A stretch of 47,871 bases of DNA from Bacteroidales bacterium UBA1751 (GTDB lineage Bacteria > Bacteroidota > Bacteroidia > Bacteroidales > UBA932), in assembly GCA_002315995.1 (NCBI GenBank), contig DCHN01000072.1:1-47871 (forward strand), written 5' to 3'. A program made the position numbers and the translations under genes. The notes under the pieces are model-generated. The model did not search any database and was not told the origin of the DNA. It saw only the letters and a list, made by a program, of their open reading frames with translations. This document shows positions 20,101 to 27,439 of the stretch, piece by piece; position 1 is the first letter of the stretch, and the number at the start of each line of letters is the position of its first letter.

Positions 20101-20445
20101 CTCAGAAGCAAGAGCCATCTTGGCGTTGATTGAGTTAGCCTCACCAAGCTCAAGTGTCTGGTCTTTGTACTGTACTGTCTGAGAACCAATGAGGGAGAAT
20201 GTAATCTCGTATGGACCACCAGGACGCATACCCTGAATGGCATACCTACCCATCTCATTGGTAGCTGCATAGTACTTAGAACCTGAAGGAGTGTGTACTG
20301 CAACAACTGATGCACCAATGAGAGGCTCACCATTCTCGTCAGTAACAGCACCGTTCAATGTAGCTGTTGTAATCTGCGCATTTGCAGAAACAACAACCAG
20401 CAATGCTGCCAAAACGGAGCAAAAACTGCTAAATAATTGTTTCAT
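17158..20445 (-). CDS. TonB-dependent outer-membrane receptor, Oar-like (carboxypeptidase-regulatory-like N-domain, plug, and large barrel). No SusD partner.
   Basis: 1,095 aa. Signal peptide. CarboxypepD_reg-like region GAVTDENGEPLIGASVVAVH...GRYAIQGMRPGGPYEITF. Plug-like INTVPTVNRSISDIARMSPYA...STNFTIDGANFNNNFGL. C-terminal barrel ends ...QFGIRYIF. Confidence 0.85.
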   Translation of the reverse strand: MKQLFSSFCSVLAALLVVVSANAQITTATLNGAVTDENGEPLIGASVVAVHTPSGSKYYAATNEMGRYAIQGMRPGGPYEITFSLIGSQTVQYKDQTLELGEANSINAKMALASEQLDEVLVVASTSKFATEKTGAAMNINSQKINTVPTVNRSISDIARMSPYASGMSFAGGDGRSTNFTIDGANFNNNFGLSDKLPGGGNPISMDALEEVQVVIAPFDVRQTNFIGGGINAITKSGTNTLKVTAYTYYNDQNLRGNRVNGVDLGARADASKKVFGFTIGGPIIKNKLFFFVSYETEKNPGQVITYRARQDGESAGGNVSRTLASDMQAVQQYVLQRYGYETGSYTNFNGDESNKKFLARIDWNIADGHRLSVRYNDTKNVAWNAPNGNSSDTGQRLNETYRVGPQSMSFANTMWSQDNKVRTLSIDLNNRFSDKVSNQFLFTSSKISDVRGSNSSPFPMIDIMYENKLEPYMSLGYELFTWNNGVKNNIYTFKDDVTILLGKHKLTAGLSLERQIANNAYMRNGTMYYRYASLDDFLTGATPESFAITYGWNGNTSPAAQVGFKQYAFYVQDEWTASEKFKLTYGIRFDTINFDEDDIKTNNAIYEYTFRNGQKIDTGLWPKTNLQVSPRVGFVWDIKGDRSMKLRGGTGLFQGRLPLVYFTNMPTNSNMLQNSVQFKTVYENGVPTGKYDSRLDQFAGGNIQTTVNEETIKALGLPTELSDEKHVAGSTMSGVDRNFKMPQVWKTSLAFDYQFPVSFPFTGTAEFMYQKTVYGVVVDNINITDDTENWERFRGADNRLKYPSNKGAIYSGKNAPVLTNTHDGWGMTANVTFNLSPARNLDLMAAYTYTRQQEVSGLPGSDPLSTWQGMITVNGCNFGTAQNSKYVTPHKVIASLNYTIPFKFQGLTDEMQFGLFYSGYSPYGNSYCYSNDMNGDGVDNDLMYIPKNESEIHFTNPAEAELFWDYVNQDSYLKSHKGKYAEAYAARSPFVHRFDFRWAQNFKFNIGETSHTIQLSVDIMNVGNMINSSWGVNQSATEASNSTRILKYDGVDENNVPYFSLNKTASKEYISQSYDYYYDLSQCWKMQFGIRYIF

Positions 20446-20483
20446 AAAGTGTTAAATTAAGTTTATAGAAGAATAGTTTGGCG

Positions 20484-20491
20484 CAAAAGTA
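20484..20491 (-). promoter_or_regulatory. -7 promoter box TACTTTTG for the TBDT operon
   Basis: The minus strand reads CGCTACTTTTGCGCC. The box lies ~38 nt upstream of the ATG at 20445. Confidence 0.5.
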
Positions 20492-20612
20492 GCGAAAGGA
20501 AATGTTAACTCAAAAGATATTTGAAAAAACTTATTACGCAGTTGTTAACACTCTGTTAATCAGCTATCTCGTTTAATTCAATTTTTCAATTTGCAACTAA
20601 TTGAAAAAGGTG

Positions 20613-20620
20613 TATCTTTG
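20613..20620 (+). promoter_or_regulatory. -7 promoter box TATCTTTG for metK
   Basis: Perfect TAnnTTTG. It implies a ~190-nt 5' leader before the metK ATG. Confidence 0.5.
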
Positions 20621-20813
20621 CGCTCGGAAAGTGGAGAGATTTGACTGCTTGCAACCACTGAAAAAAATGCTAAAATGCCATACAGCCATTACATCAATGG
20701 CCTCTGTTGCCGCTCAGGCAACAAGCGTTTCAGCATAATGCATAACAACAAGCGGATTCCCACACTCAGTGGTGTCATTGCCGCTTGTCTCTCCGCATAA
20801 AAATATTTGTTTT
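20621..20813 (+). promoter_or_regulatory. Long structured metK 5' leader: candidate cis-regulatory RNA of unassigned class
   Basis: Helices seen: AGTGG (20630-34) / CCACT (20655-59); GCCAT/ATGGC (20685-20701); TGTTGCC/GGCAACA (20705-23). The 3' element CCGCTTGT (20781-88) can pair with either of two upstream copies of ACAAGCG(G), at 20721-27 or 20748-55. Confidence 0.35.
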
Positions 20814-22103
20814 ATGTCATATTTATTTACATCAGAGAGCGTGTCTGAAGGACATCCCGACAAAGTTGCAGATCAGATTTCAGATGCGATACTTGACGAA
20901 TTCCTCAGGAAGGATCCATCAAGCAAAGTGGCCTGCGAAACCTTTGTAAGCACAGGCCTTGTAGTTATAGGCGGTGAGGTAAAATCTGAGGCCTGGGTAG
21001 ATATACAGCAGGTTGCAAGAGATACTATAAGGAGAATAGGCTACACCAAAGGGGAATATATGTTCGATGCCAACTCCTGCGCCGTTCTTTCTGCGCTCCA
21101 CGAGCAGAGCGCCGATATCAACAGAGGCGTTGAGAGGGAGCAGAGTGATGACCAGGGTGCCGGAGACCAAGGAATGATGTTCGGCTACGCCTGCAACGAA
21201 ACTCCGGAATATATGCCTCTTCCTATATTCCTTGCACATCTTGCGCTCAGGGAACTTGCCAATATAAGAAGAGAGGGGAAACTGATGCCATACCTCAGGC
21301 CGGACGCCAAATCGCAGTTCACCATTGAGTACTCCAACGACCACGTTGCACAGAGAATAGATACTATTGTAATCTCCACACAACATGACGAATTCGACGA
21401 TGATTTCTCAATGCAGCAGCGCATACACAGCGACGTGAAGAATATTCTCATTCCAAGAATGGTTGAGAAACTGGACCCTAAGGTTGCATCTCTCTTCAAC
21501 ACTGAGTTCAAACTCCTAGTCAACCCTACCGGCAAGTTTGTAATAGGCGGCCCTCACGGAGACACCGGTCTTACCGGAAGGAAGATTATTGTTGACACAT
21601 ACGGCGGACGTGGAGCTCACGGTGGCGGAGCCTTCTCCGGCAAAGACAGCTCAAAGGTCGACCGCAGCGCAGCATACGCAGCACGCTACATTGCCAAGAA
21701 CCTTGTTGCCGCAGGTGTGGCAGGGGAGATGCTTGTGCAACTGAGCTATGCAATTGGAGTTGCACAGCCTCTGAGCATCTATGTTAATTCGCGCGGTTCC
21801 TTGAACCCACTGCTTACCATAGCCGATAGTGACACAGGCACCCTTCGCCCTATGAATGATGGTGATGTAGCACGGAAGATAGGTGAACTCTTTGACCTCC
21901 GCCCGGCAAGAATCGTGAAGAAGTTCGGACTTACCAACCCTATATTCGGACCTACCGCAGCTTACGGACACGTAGGACGCACTCCATACAAGGAGATGGT
22001 TACGGTTTATGAAAACGGTAAAGCCACCGAGAAGGAGGTTCAGTTCTTCGGATGGGAACTCCTCGATTCAGTTGAAATGGTGAAGAAAGCTTTTGGCCTG
22101 TAA
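20814..22103 (+). CDS. metK: S-adenosylmethionine synthetase
   Basis: [28 protein letters not shown]..., [12 protein letters not shown] and GGGAFSGKD are canonical MetK motifs. The track's GTG start at 20769 adds 15 non-conserved residues. The ATG at 20814 gives 429 aa. Confidence 0.96.
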   Translation: MSYLFTSESVSEGHPDKVADQISDAILDEFLRKDPSSKVACETFVSTGLVVIGGEVKSEAWVDIQQVARDTIRRIGYTKGEYMFDANSCAVLSALHEQSADINRGVEREQSDDQGAGDQGMMFGYACNETPEYMPLPIFLAHLALRELANIRREGKLMPYLRPDAKSQFTIEYSNDHVAQRIDTIVISTQHDEFDDDFSMQQRIHSDVKNILIPRMVEKLDPKVASLFNTEFKLLVNPTGKFVIGGPHGDTGLTGRKIIVDTYGGRGAHGGGAFSGKDSSKVDRSAAYAARYIAKNLVAAGVAGEMLVQLSYAIGVAQPLSIYVNSRGSLNPLLTIADSDTGTLRPMNDGDVARKIGELFDLRPARIVKKFGLTNPIFGPTAAYGHVGRTPYKEMVTVYENGKATEKEVQFFGWELLDSVEMVKKAFGL

Positions 22104-22104
22104 T

Positions 22105-22893
22105 TCAGGCACTCTGATATGATTTTTCAATGGCCAGTCTCAATTCAGTGAGGCTGGCTATTGTTTTAAGTTTACCATCCTGAACAAACGAAATACCTCC
22201 TGTCTCCTCAGAAACTACAATGGCAGTTGCGTCAGTATCAAGTGTAATGGCACAGGCTGCGCGATGCCTCAATCCATAACGTGCCGGTATGTCCGGATTC
22301 TCCGTAATTGGGAGAGTACATCTTGCGGCAACTATTCTGTTGGTGGCAATTATCATGGCCCCGTCATGCAGAGGGGTGTTCTTGAAGAAGATATTCTCAA
22401 TGAGCCTCTTGCTTATTATGGCATCAATGGTGTCGCCGGTTCTTGTAACAAAATCAAGGGATGATGTGTGCGGCATTACAAAGAGGGCTCCTGTTCTGCT
22501 TTCACTCATTGACTGACAGGCCTGAATAATTTCATCTATGGAATCGGAAGAGAGACTCTTTTCGTTTGATGCGCTCAGCCATTTTGCTATGTGTTTTGTA
22601 GCCCCTTTGGAGAAGTACTCCTTGCCTATGTGCATAAGGCCTCTTCTTATCTCCTGCTGGAAAAGTACTATTATTGCAATGACTCCGACACCGAGCACCT
22701 GCCCAAGAATTGTTGAGAGCAGTCTCATGTTCAACGCCTTCACAACAAACCATACAATGTAAAGAATGAGTATTCCCACAAATATGTTCATTGCCTGGGT
22801 ACCCCTTATAAGTCTGTATATTTGAAAGACAAGAAGGGCCACAACAATGATGTCAATGACATCAATGACATTTACACCAATGAAATCCAACAT
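22105..22893 (-). CDS. cdaA: Diadenylate cyclase CdaA (c-di-AMP synthase; three N-terminal TM helices plus a DAC domain)
   Basis: N-terminal TM region. DAC motifs GALFVM, TPLHDGAMII, GLRHRAA and VVSEETGGIS. Confidence 0.92.
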   Translation of the reverse strand: MLDFIGVNVIDVIDIIVVALLVFQIYRLIRGTQAMNIFVGILILYIVWFVVKALNMRLLSTILGQVLGVGVIAIIVLFQQEIRRGLMHIGKEYFSKGATKHIAKWLSASNEKSLSSDSIDEIIQACQSMSESRTGALFVMPHTSSLDFVTRTGDTIDAIISKRLIENIFFKNTPLHDGAMIIATNRIVAARCTLPITENPDIPARYGLRHRAACAITLDTDATAIVVSEETGGISFVQDGKLKTIASLTELRLAIEKSYQSA

Positions 22894-22913
22894 AATCCGC
22901 TGTTCTATGAGTT

Positions 22914-23720
22914 TTAAAGTTTTGTAAAACAGGCTCTGCGCCCCTCATAATGTACACAATATGAGAAGCCGCACTCCTTAACAACACTGGAGAAGTGCTG
23001 AAAATTCTCAGCTATTCTCTCCGGTGTATGGGCATCGGAGCCAAAACTTACACACTCCCCGCCAAGCTCCCTGAACCTCCTGAGAATTGCCGTGTCGAAT
23101 TCCGGAACGGCCCCGCCCCTGCTCCTGTATGTATTCGTGTTCACCTCAAAAGCCTTCCCGTTCTGAGCCATATACCTCAACAGCTTGTCGAGATGTTCCG
23201 GAAAATCGGAATAACGTATTGAGCGCACACTGTATGGAGCGTATCTGGCTATGTAGTCAATATGACCTACCACATCAAAATCTCCATACTCAATGGCAGT
23301 TGATGCAATTACATCAAGTGCCCTTCCATACGCCTCCTTGAACTCCTTCCCCTCATAATAATTTCCATAATAAGGGTCAAGCCCATCTATGAAGTGCACG
23401 GAGGCTATGACTATGTCAAACGAACAGCCCTTTATCCACTCCTTTATTCTGGACACCACTCCGGGCTGAAGGCCAACCTCAACTCCCTTGAACACCTTCA
23501 GGGCAGGATATGCGGTGGAAGCTTCATCTATCGCCCTTTGTTGGGCATTGATGTCAAAAACATACTGTTCGCTTCCGCGGGGTGCCCAAAGGTCGAGATG
23601 ATCGGTGATGCTGATTCCGGCAACTCCCCTCCCAAGCGCGCTGGAAAATGCAGTATCGAGGGACATTTCAGAGTCGGCCGAAAAAGTGGAATGTGTGTGG
23701 TTGTCAAAGAGCTGCTCCAT
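22914..23720 (-). CDS. PHP-domain phosphoesterase, HisJ/histidinol-phosphatase-like family
   Basis: The N-terminal DNHTHSTFSADS metal-binding motif, ITDH, ASVHF, VGHIDY and GSDAH are typical of PHP-family phosphatases. It lies 20 nt upstream of cdaA on the same strand. Confidence 0.8.
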   Translation of the reverse strand: MEQLFDNHTHSTFSADSEMSLDTAFSSALGRGVAGISITDHLDLWAPRGSEQYVFDINAQQRAIDEASTAYPALKVFKGVEVGLQPGVVSRIKEWIKGCSFDIVIASVHFIDGLDPYYGNYYEGKEFKEAYGRALDVIASTAIEYGDFDVVGHIDYIARYAPYSVRSIRYSDFPEHLDKLLRYMAQNGKAFEVNTNTYRSRGGAVPEFDTAILRRFRELGGECVSFGSDAHTPERIAENFQHFSSVVKECGFSYCVHYEGRRACFTKL

Positions 23721-23741
23721 AGTGTTTTCAGCGCAGTGGCG

Positions 23742-24170
23742 CTATTTCTTCTCTTCCGGCTCCTTCTTGGCGCCCTTCTTCAGAACCCAGGTGCCATCCT
23801 TGGCCTTCTTATACTCCTTCCCTTTGCCCACATATCTGAGGAATCCTATGTACTGCTGTTCGGTCAGAGCCTTTTTCATTGCCTCCTCGGTACGCTTTTC
23901 CCACTTGTCGTGAACTGCTTTGTAGCTCTCGGCGTTGCGCATCCCCGACTCATTGAGCCTGTCGTATTCCTCCATTGTTGAGGCGTAGTTGAACGAGAGT
24001 ATGGAGTCTACCCAGAATGCCTGTTCCGGAGAGAGGTTCAGCTCCTTTTCAAGTTTTTCAACCTGCTCAGCCACAACCTGTTCTGTTGTCTTCTGTTCCT
24101 TCTCCTGAGCAAAAGCCGATACTGTACCAAGAATTGACAGGAGAACTGCTGCGAAAAAAATTCTCTTCAT
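23742..24170 (-). CDS. Small secreted Lys/Glu-rich protein of unknown function (LTxxQ-like motifs)
   Basis: Signal peptide MKRIFFAAVLLSILGTVSAFAQ. Predicted helical and charged. Motifs LSPEQ and LTEQQ are reminiscent of periplasmic Spy/CpxP-like proteins. This resemblance is weak. Confidence 0.55.
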   Translation of the reverse strand: MKRIFFAAVLLSILGTVSAFAQEKEQKTTEQVVAEQVEKLEKELNLSPEQAFWVDSILSFNYASTMEEYDRLNESGMRNAESYKAVHDKWEKRTEEAMKKALTEQQYIGFLRYVGKGKEYKKAKDGTWVLKKGAKKEPEEKK

Positions 24171-24197
24171 ATTGTATTATTGTGTTGTTTCAAATGG

Positions 24198-26009
24198 TTA
24201 TTTGGCCTGCGGTGCCGCACTCTTCTGCGCAGCAGCATCAGGTTCGGTTGCCGGTGACTGAGTTGCGGAGTTCTTCTGCGCAAATCGCGCCTTGTCATCC
24301 TCAATGGAGATCATTGCAGGGTCCGACGCCACGCTTCGCTTCCACAAATCCGTATATCCGGGCTGCTTAGGGGCAATAGGCATTCTGCTTCCACCCCCGA
24401 AACCTTCATAATCCGAATACTTGAACGAGCCATCCTCGTTCTGCACCTTCACGTTGCCGTCTATGTATTTTACGAAGAGATGCTCCTCAAGTGCCTTGAA
24501 CTTGTTGAACATACGGGTAGCAAAGAGTTCACTCCAGGTGGTGAGATACTCCTTGACATCCTCCTCCTTCTCCTCCATAATTCGAAGAGCCTCCTTATCT
24601 ACCGTAGGAATTATTTTCAGAGCGCCATTCTCATGCTCGTCTGAAGCGGCCCTTACCTCAGGAGCCACAAGATTGTACCTGAGGTATGCCTGATGGGCAA
24701 TACGGTTGAAAAGCCAGAATGCAGAGGTTGGAGAGTAGGTAAGCATATCTCCATTCTCCGGGCTGAAACATTCAGGGACCCTTGTTCCGGATGAATAAAC
24801 AGGTGTAAGGCAGGAGGTTGCAGCATCATCAACGCCGAACCATAGAATTCCACCTATTTCGTCTGGGAGCCAGCTGCGCGCCTGGCCAACAAGCCAGAAT
24901 CCGGTCTGCTGGGTTGCAATGGCCCTCTCATTCACATATCTCTTTCCCTCCCACTCGAACTCCATAGGACGCCAGCGGTAAGGAAGTTCATTTCCACCGG
25001 CACCTATATCACGTCTCATATCAAGAGGAGTGTTCTCAAAGTGGTCTCTCATCACATCTGCCACATCCTTCACGCCAATTTTCCTTGCAGGCTTTATGAA
25101 CAGAGGCATGCTTCCTGTTGAGTCAACTCCGCTCATATAGTCTATATAATCTGAGGCAGGTGTTTCATTGAACATGCCGCCGCCAAGAATATTGAAGGCT
25201 GCCCACACCCTTGCATCACAAGCCCTTATTGTACCATAATCTGCAGGAGCGTATGCTGCCGCAAAACTGAACGGTTCTCCATTTGAAGGATCATAGAATC
25301 CCTTCTCTATAGCAAATGAAATCACATCCGGAGCAAAAAGGCAGTTCTGTGGATCATCCATTGGAAACTCTCTTATTCTGGACTGGTTTGCATGGGCGCA
25401 GATGTATCCGTCAGGTACTCTGCGAGCCACCCAAACTGCACCTTTTCTCTTGTTGTTACCCTTTTTATCCAATTCAACGCCCTTGCCTACAATCTCCATA
25501 ATCCACGCCTCGTTCTTGTCTGCAATTGACAAGGTCTCACCTTCTGAAGCATATCCATACCTGTTCATGAGGTCAACCATTATATCTATTGCCTCACGTG
25601 CAGTGGCGGCACGCTGGAGAGTGATATACATCATACTGCCGTAGTCTATTCCGCCCAGGGTGTCAACAAGCTCCTCGCGACCACCGAAAGTTGTCTCGGT
25701 AATGATGAGCTGATGCTCGTTCATATTACCCATTGTTGAGTATGTACGCTCAACCTGAGCGATAGTGCCTAGTGGCCTTCCGCCTGTGTCCCACTCCTTT
25801 ATTGCAATCTTGCTCCCCTTCTTGAAAATGGCGGCAGGAGTATGATAGAGTTCTCCATACTGCACATGGGAATCTGCAGCATAACTTACAATTACGGAGC
25901 CGTCTGTTGAAGCACCCTTTGTTACTATTATATTGGTGCAGGAGTGAGCCCGTTGCGGAAAGAGTGCCATACCAAGAAGCAATATGGCCGTTATAAAGGA
26001 CTTTGGCAT
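24198..26009 (-). CDS. Peptidase C69 family dipeptidase (secreted)
   Basis: The signal peptide is followed directly by the nucleophile Cys: ...RAHS|CTNIIVTKGASTDGSVIV. This is the hallmark N-terminal Cys of Ntn-hydrolase C69 dipeptidases. 603 aa. Confidence 0.85.
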   Translation of the reverse strand: MPKSFITAILLLGMALFPQRAHSCTNIIVTKGASTDGSVIVSYAADSHVQYGELYHTPAAIFKKGSKIAIKEWDTGGRPLGTIAQVERTYSTMGNMNEHQLIITETTFGGREELVDTLGGIDYGSMMYITLQRAATAREAIDIMVDLMNRYGYASEGETLSIADKNEAWIMEIVGKGVELDKKGNNKRKGAVWVARRVPDGYICAHANQSRIREFPMDDPQNCLFAPDVISFAIEKGFYDPSNGEPFSFAAAYAPADYGTIRACDARVWAAFNILGGGMFNETPASDYIDYMSGVDSTGSMPLFIKPARKIGVKDVADVMRDHFENTPLDMRRDIGAGGNELPYRWRPMEFEWEGKRYVNERAIATQQTGFWLVGQARSWLPDEIGGILWFGVDDAATSCLTPVYSSGTRVPECFSPENGDMLTYSPTSAFWLFNRIAHQAYLRYNLVAPEVRAASDEHENGALKIIPTVDKEALRIMEEKEEDVKEYLTTWSELFATRMFNKFKALEEHLFVKYIDGNVKVQNEDGSFKYSDYEGFGGGSRMPIAPKQPGYTDLWKRSVASDPAMISIEDDKARFAQKNSATQSPATEPDAAAQKSAAPQAK

Positions 26010-26032
26010 AAATTTATCGTTTGTTTAACGAG

Positions 26033-26040
26033 CAAATTTA
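26033..26040 (-). promoter_or_regulatory. -7 promoter box TAAATTTG for the C69 dipeptidase string
   Basis: The minus strand reads ACATAAATTTGCTCG. The box lies ~23 nt upstream of the ATG at 26009. Confidence 0.5.
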
Positions 26041-26051
26041 TGTAAAATAGT

Positions 26052-26059
26052 TACTTTTG
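26052..26059 (+). promoter_or_regulatory. -7 promoter box TACTTTTG for the first NSS transporter
   Basis: Perfect TAnnTTTG, 20 nt upstream of the ATG at 26080. Confidence 0.5.
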
Positions 26060-26079
26060 CCAACTTTATTATTTCAACA

Positions 26080-27426
26080 ATGACAAACAACAGAGAGAGT
26101 TTCGGAGGCAGATTCGCCGTTCTTGTGGCTTTGGTGGGTTCGGCCGTTGGTTTGGGAAACTTGTGGAGATTTCCATATCTGGTGGGAAGAAACGGAGGTG
26201 CCGCATTCATACTGATATACATAGTCATAGCTCTGCTCATATGCCTGCCTATGATGCTTTCGGAGGGCATAATAGGAAGAAGGGCCGGAGCAAATGTCTT
26301 CAGATCGTTCAAAAAGCTTGCGCCCGGAAGCGGTTGGTGGCTTATTGGCATAGGTACAATAATTACAACATCCCTTATTATAAGTTTCTACTCAGTAGTT
26401 GGTGGATGGATTATATATTTTCTTGTAAAGTCAGCTACGCTGCAACTTTCAGGGGATGCCACTGCAAATGGAGGCATCTTCACATCTCTAATCTCATCCC
26501 CCATTGAACCGCTGGTATATACCGCAATATTCCTATTTGCAACCGGAGGCATCATATCAATGGGCGTAAAAAGCGGAATTGAGAAGGTGTCAAAGATACT
26601 TATGCCTCTGCTCTTTGTATGTACGGTCATCATTGCTGTGGAGAGTCTGATGCTTCCAGGATCCTCAAAGGGAGTAGAGTTTCTATTCAAACCGGATTTC
26701 TCAAAGGTAACGGCAGAAACGGTTTTCCAGGCGCTTGGACAAGCCTTCTTCTCAATGAGCCTTGGATGTGGAATCATAATAACATACTCTTCATACATAA
26801 AGAAGAATGAGCACATAGTGACTACATCATTCATAACATCATGTATGGACACTCTCTTTGCCCTCATAGCGGGATTGGCAATAATGCCGGCCGTATTTGC
26901 GTTCGGGCAGGAGCCTGCTCAAGGGCCTGGCCTTCTGTTTGTCATTCTGCCGGATATCTTTACAAAGATTCCTGGAGGAGAGGTAATTGCCATTCTCTTC
27001 TTCATAGTTGTATTTGTAGCGGCAGTGACTTCATCTATCTCCCTGCTGGAAATAGATGTTGCCTTTCTCAGTGAGGAGTTTGGATGGTCAAGGGCAAAGA
27101 GTGCAACCATAAGCAGCTCCATTATTTTCATCTTTTCTGTATTGTGTTCTCTCTCAATGGGGCCTCTCAAGGATTTTACAATTGCAGGCAAGACAATATT
27201 CGATCTGTTTGATTATGTGACCGCAAACATACTCATGACAGTATGCTCTCTGGGGTGCGTGCTCTTTGCCGGGTGGAAACTCAAGAGAGAGGATATAATA
27301 GATGAGCTCACCAATGCCGGGAAACTGAAAATCTCTCCTGCTACGGTATCCTTCTTCATCTTCTCAATAAGATATATAGCCCCCGCAGCTATTATAATAA
27401 TTGCAATATTCAGTCTGTTCGCATAA
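26080..27426 (+). CDS. Neurotransmitter:sodium symporter (NSS/SNF) family transporter, paralog 1
   Basis: The N-terminal signature GLGNLWRFPYLVGRNGGAAF is diagnostic of SNF-family transporters. 448 aa, polytopic. Confidence 0.92.
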   Translation: MTNNRESFGGRFAVLVALVGSAVGLGNLWRFPYLVGRNGGAAFILIYIVIALLICLPMMLSEGIIGRRAGANVFRSFKKLAPGSGWWLIGIGTIITTSLIISFYSVVGGWIIYFLVKSATLQLSGDATANGGIFTSLISSPIEPLVYTAIFLFATGGIISMGVKSGIEKVSKILMPLLFVCTVIIAVESLMLPGSSKGVEFLFKPDFSKVTAETVFQALGQAFFSMSLGCGIIITYSSYIKKNEHIVTTSFITSCMDTLFALIAGLAIMPAVFAFGQEPAQGPGLLFVILPDIFTKIPGGEVIAILFFIVVFVAAVTSSISLLEIDVAFLSEEFGWSRAKSATISSSIIFIFSVLCSLSMGPLKDFTIAGKTIFDLFDYVTANILMTVCSLGCVLFAGWKLKREDIIDELTNAGKLKISPATVSFFIFSIRYIAPAAIIIIAIFSLFA

Positions 27427-27439
27427 CGGAATAAATAAG

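Noticed and set aside
18306-20351. Several 60-120-aa ORFs on the minus strand in alternative frames inside the TonB-dependent receptor gene (for example 18510-18872, 19179-19523 and 20079-20351)
   Set aside because: They lie wholly within a 1,095-aa gene that has clear domain structure. Their translations are compositionally odd (His/Ser/Leu/Thr-rich) and have no independent start signals.
20769-20813. Upstream alternative starts that extend real genes: GTG 20769 for metK, 27401 for NSS2, 37844 for topA, TTG 41491 for mreB, 41666 for ispD, TTG 15647 for the DUF4294-like gene, 34377 for prmC and TTG 33354 for the bactofilin
   Set aside because: In each case the added residues precede a well-conserved family N-terminus, use non-ATG codons, or overlap the neighbouring gene or promoter. 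The internal ATG gives the canonical N-terminus.
20621-20813. Calling the metK leader a SAM-I (or SAM-II) riboswitch
   Set aside because: Only loose similarity to SAM-I core segments is visible. I could not form the P1 and P3 helices or the SAM-II pseudoknot (no AAAGCU tail complementary to a loop). It is kept as an unclassified candidate rather than a named riboswitch.
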